From a virus (Duplodnaviria > Caudoviricetes), in IMG/VR virus record IMGVR_UViG_3300034341_000189, positions 1-33,323 of that record: a DNA stretch of 33,323 nucleotides. One strand, written 5' to 3'. Below are positions 33,166 to 33,323 of the stretch, piece by piece. The translations under genes and the position numbers were made by a program. The number at the start of each line of letters is the position of its first letter. The stretch's first letter is position 1. Under the pieces are notes generated by a model. It did no database searches. It saw only the letters and a program-made list of their open reading frames with translations, and was not told the origin of the DNA.

Positions 33166-33323
33166 CTAATTTAAGCTTTTATCCCTCTCTATCTCTTTCT
33201 GTAGATTAGCAAGAGCCCTCCACGCTACTTTAGCTGAGTGGCGCACTCCATCTGTATCTATTGTACCAGCCTCAAGTAAGTGGCGAGTTAGTGCATCTAA
33301 TTCATCGCCAGATTTACTTCTAT
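33166..33323 (-). CDS. 3' end of a DUF5664-like (dATP/dGTP diphosphohydrolase-associated) protein, partial
   Basis: Reverse strand reads RSKSGDELDALTRHLLEAGTIDTDGVRHSAKVAWRALANLQKEIERDKSLN*, TAG at 33168-33166. Confidence 0.7.
   Translation of the reverse strand, partial: RSKSGDELDALTRHLLEAGTIDTDGVRHSAKVAWRALANLQKEIERDKSLN

Noticed and set aside
1-33323. Stop-codon reassignment as in some Bacteroidota phages
   Set aside because: TAA, TAG and TGA all end genes at tight junctions, and coding density is high under the standard code.
1-33323. Prophage boundaries / lysogeny module
   Set aside because: No integrase, att repeat, CI-like repressor or host housekeeping gene was recognised; lifestyle cannot be decided from this window.

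Overview
The window is most of the genome of a tailed dsDNA phage (siphovirus-like) that very probably infects a Bacteroidota/Flavobacteriaceae host. The host call rests on several TTTG-N19-20-TAnnTTTG promoters and AT-rich, SD-less start regions. Nearly all genes lie on the + strand. Layout: small early genes (1-2.5 kb); a non-coding control region (2.5-3.3 kb); morphogenesis genes in the order tail chaperone (with a -1 frameshift), tail/baseplate, tape measure, multidomain prohead protease, scaffold, major capsid, major tail, two paralogous small proteins, portal, adaptor and fibres (3.3-21.8 kb); lysis (21.8-23.2 kb); recombination, replication and regulation (ERF, SSB-like, HTH, primase-helicase, nucleases, sigma factor, RecE-like, DnaA-domain-IV-like; 23.4-31.2 kb); terminase subunits; and the 3' end of a minus-strand DUF5664-like gene. 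The most notable signals are non-coding. They are a six-copy AACA-N15/16-GTTAnTTTAAT late promoter matching the phage sigma factor and giving apparently leaderless mRNAs, two distant arrays of the pseudo-palindrome TACA(A/T)TGTA with the same spacing, a dispersed strand-biased TGAATYYAATA motif at operon boundaries, a long G-U-rich RNA hairpin, and apparent avoidance of GATC/CATG/GGCC/CCGG. No integrase, DNA polymerase, tRNA, CRISPR array or reverse transcriptase was recognised. All protein family calls come from motif recognition by eye, not from database searches.
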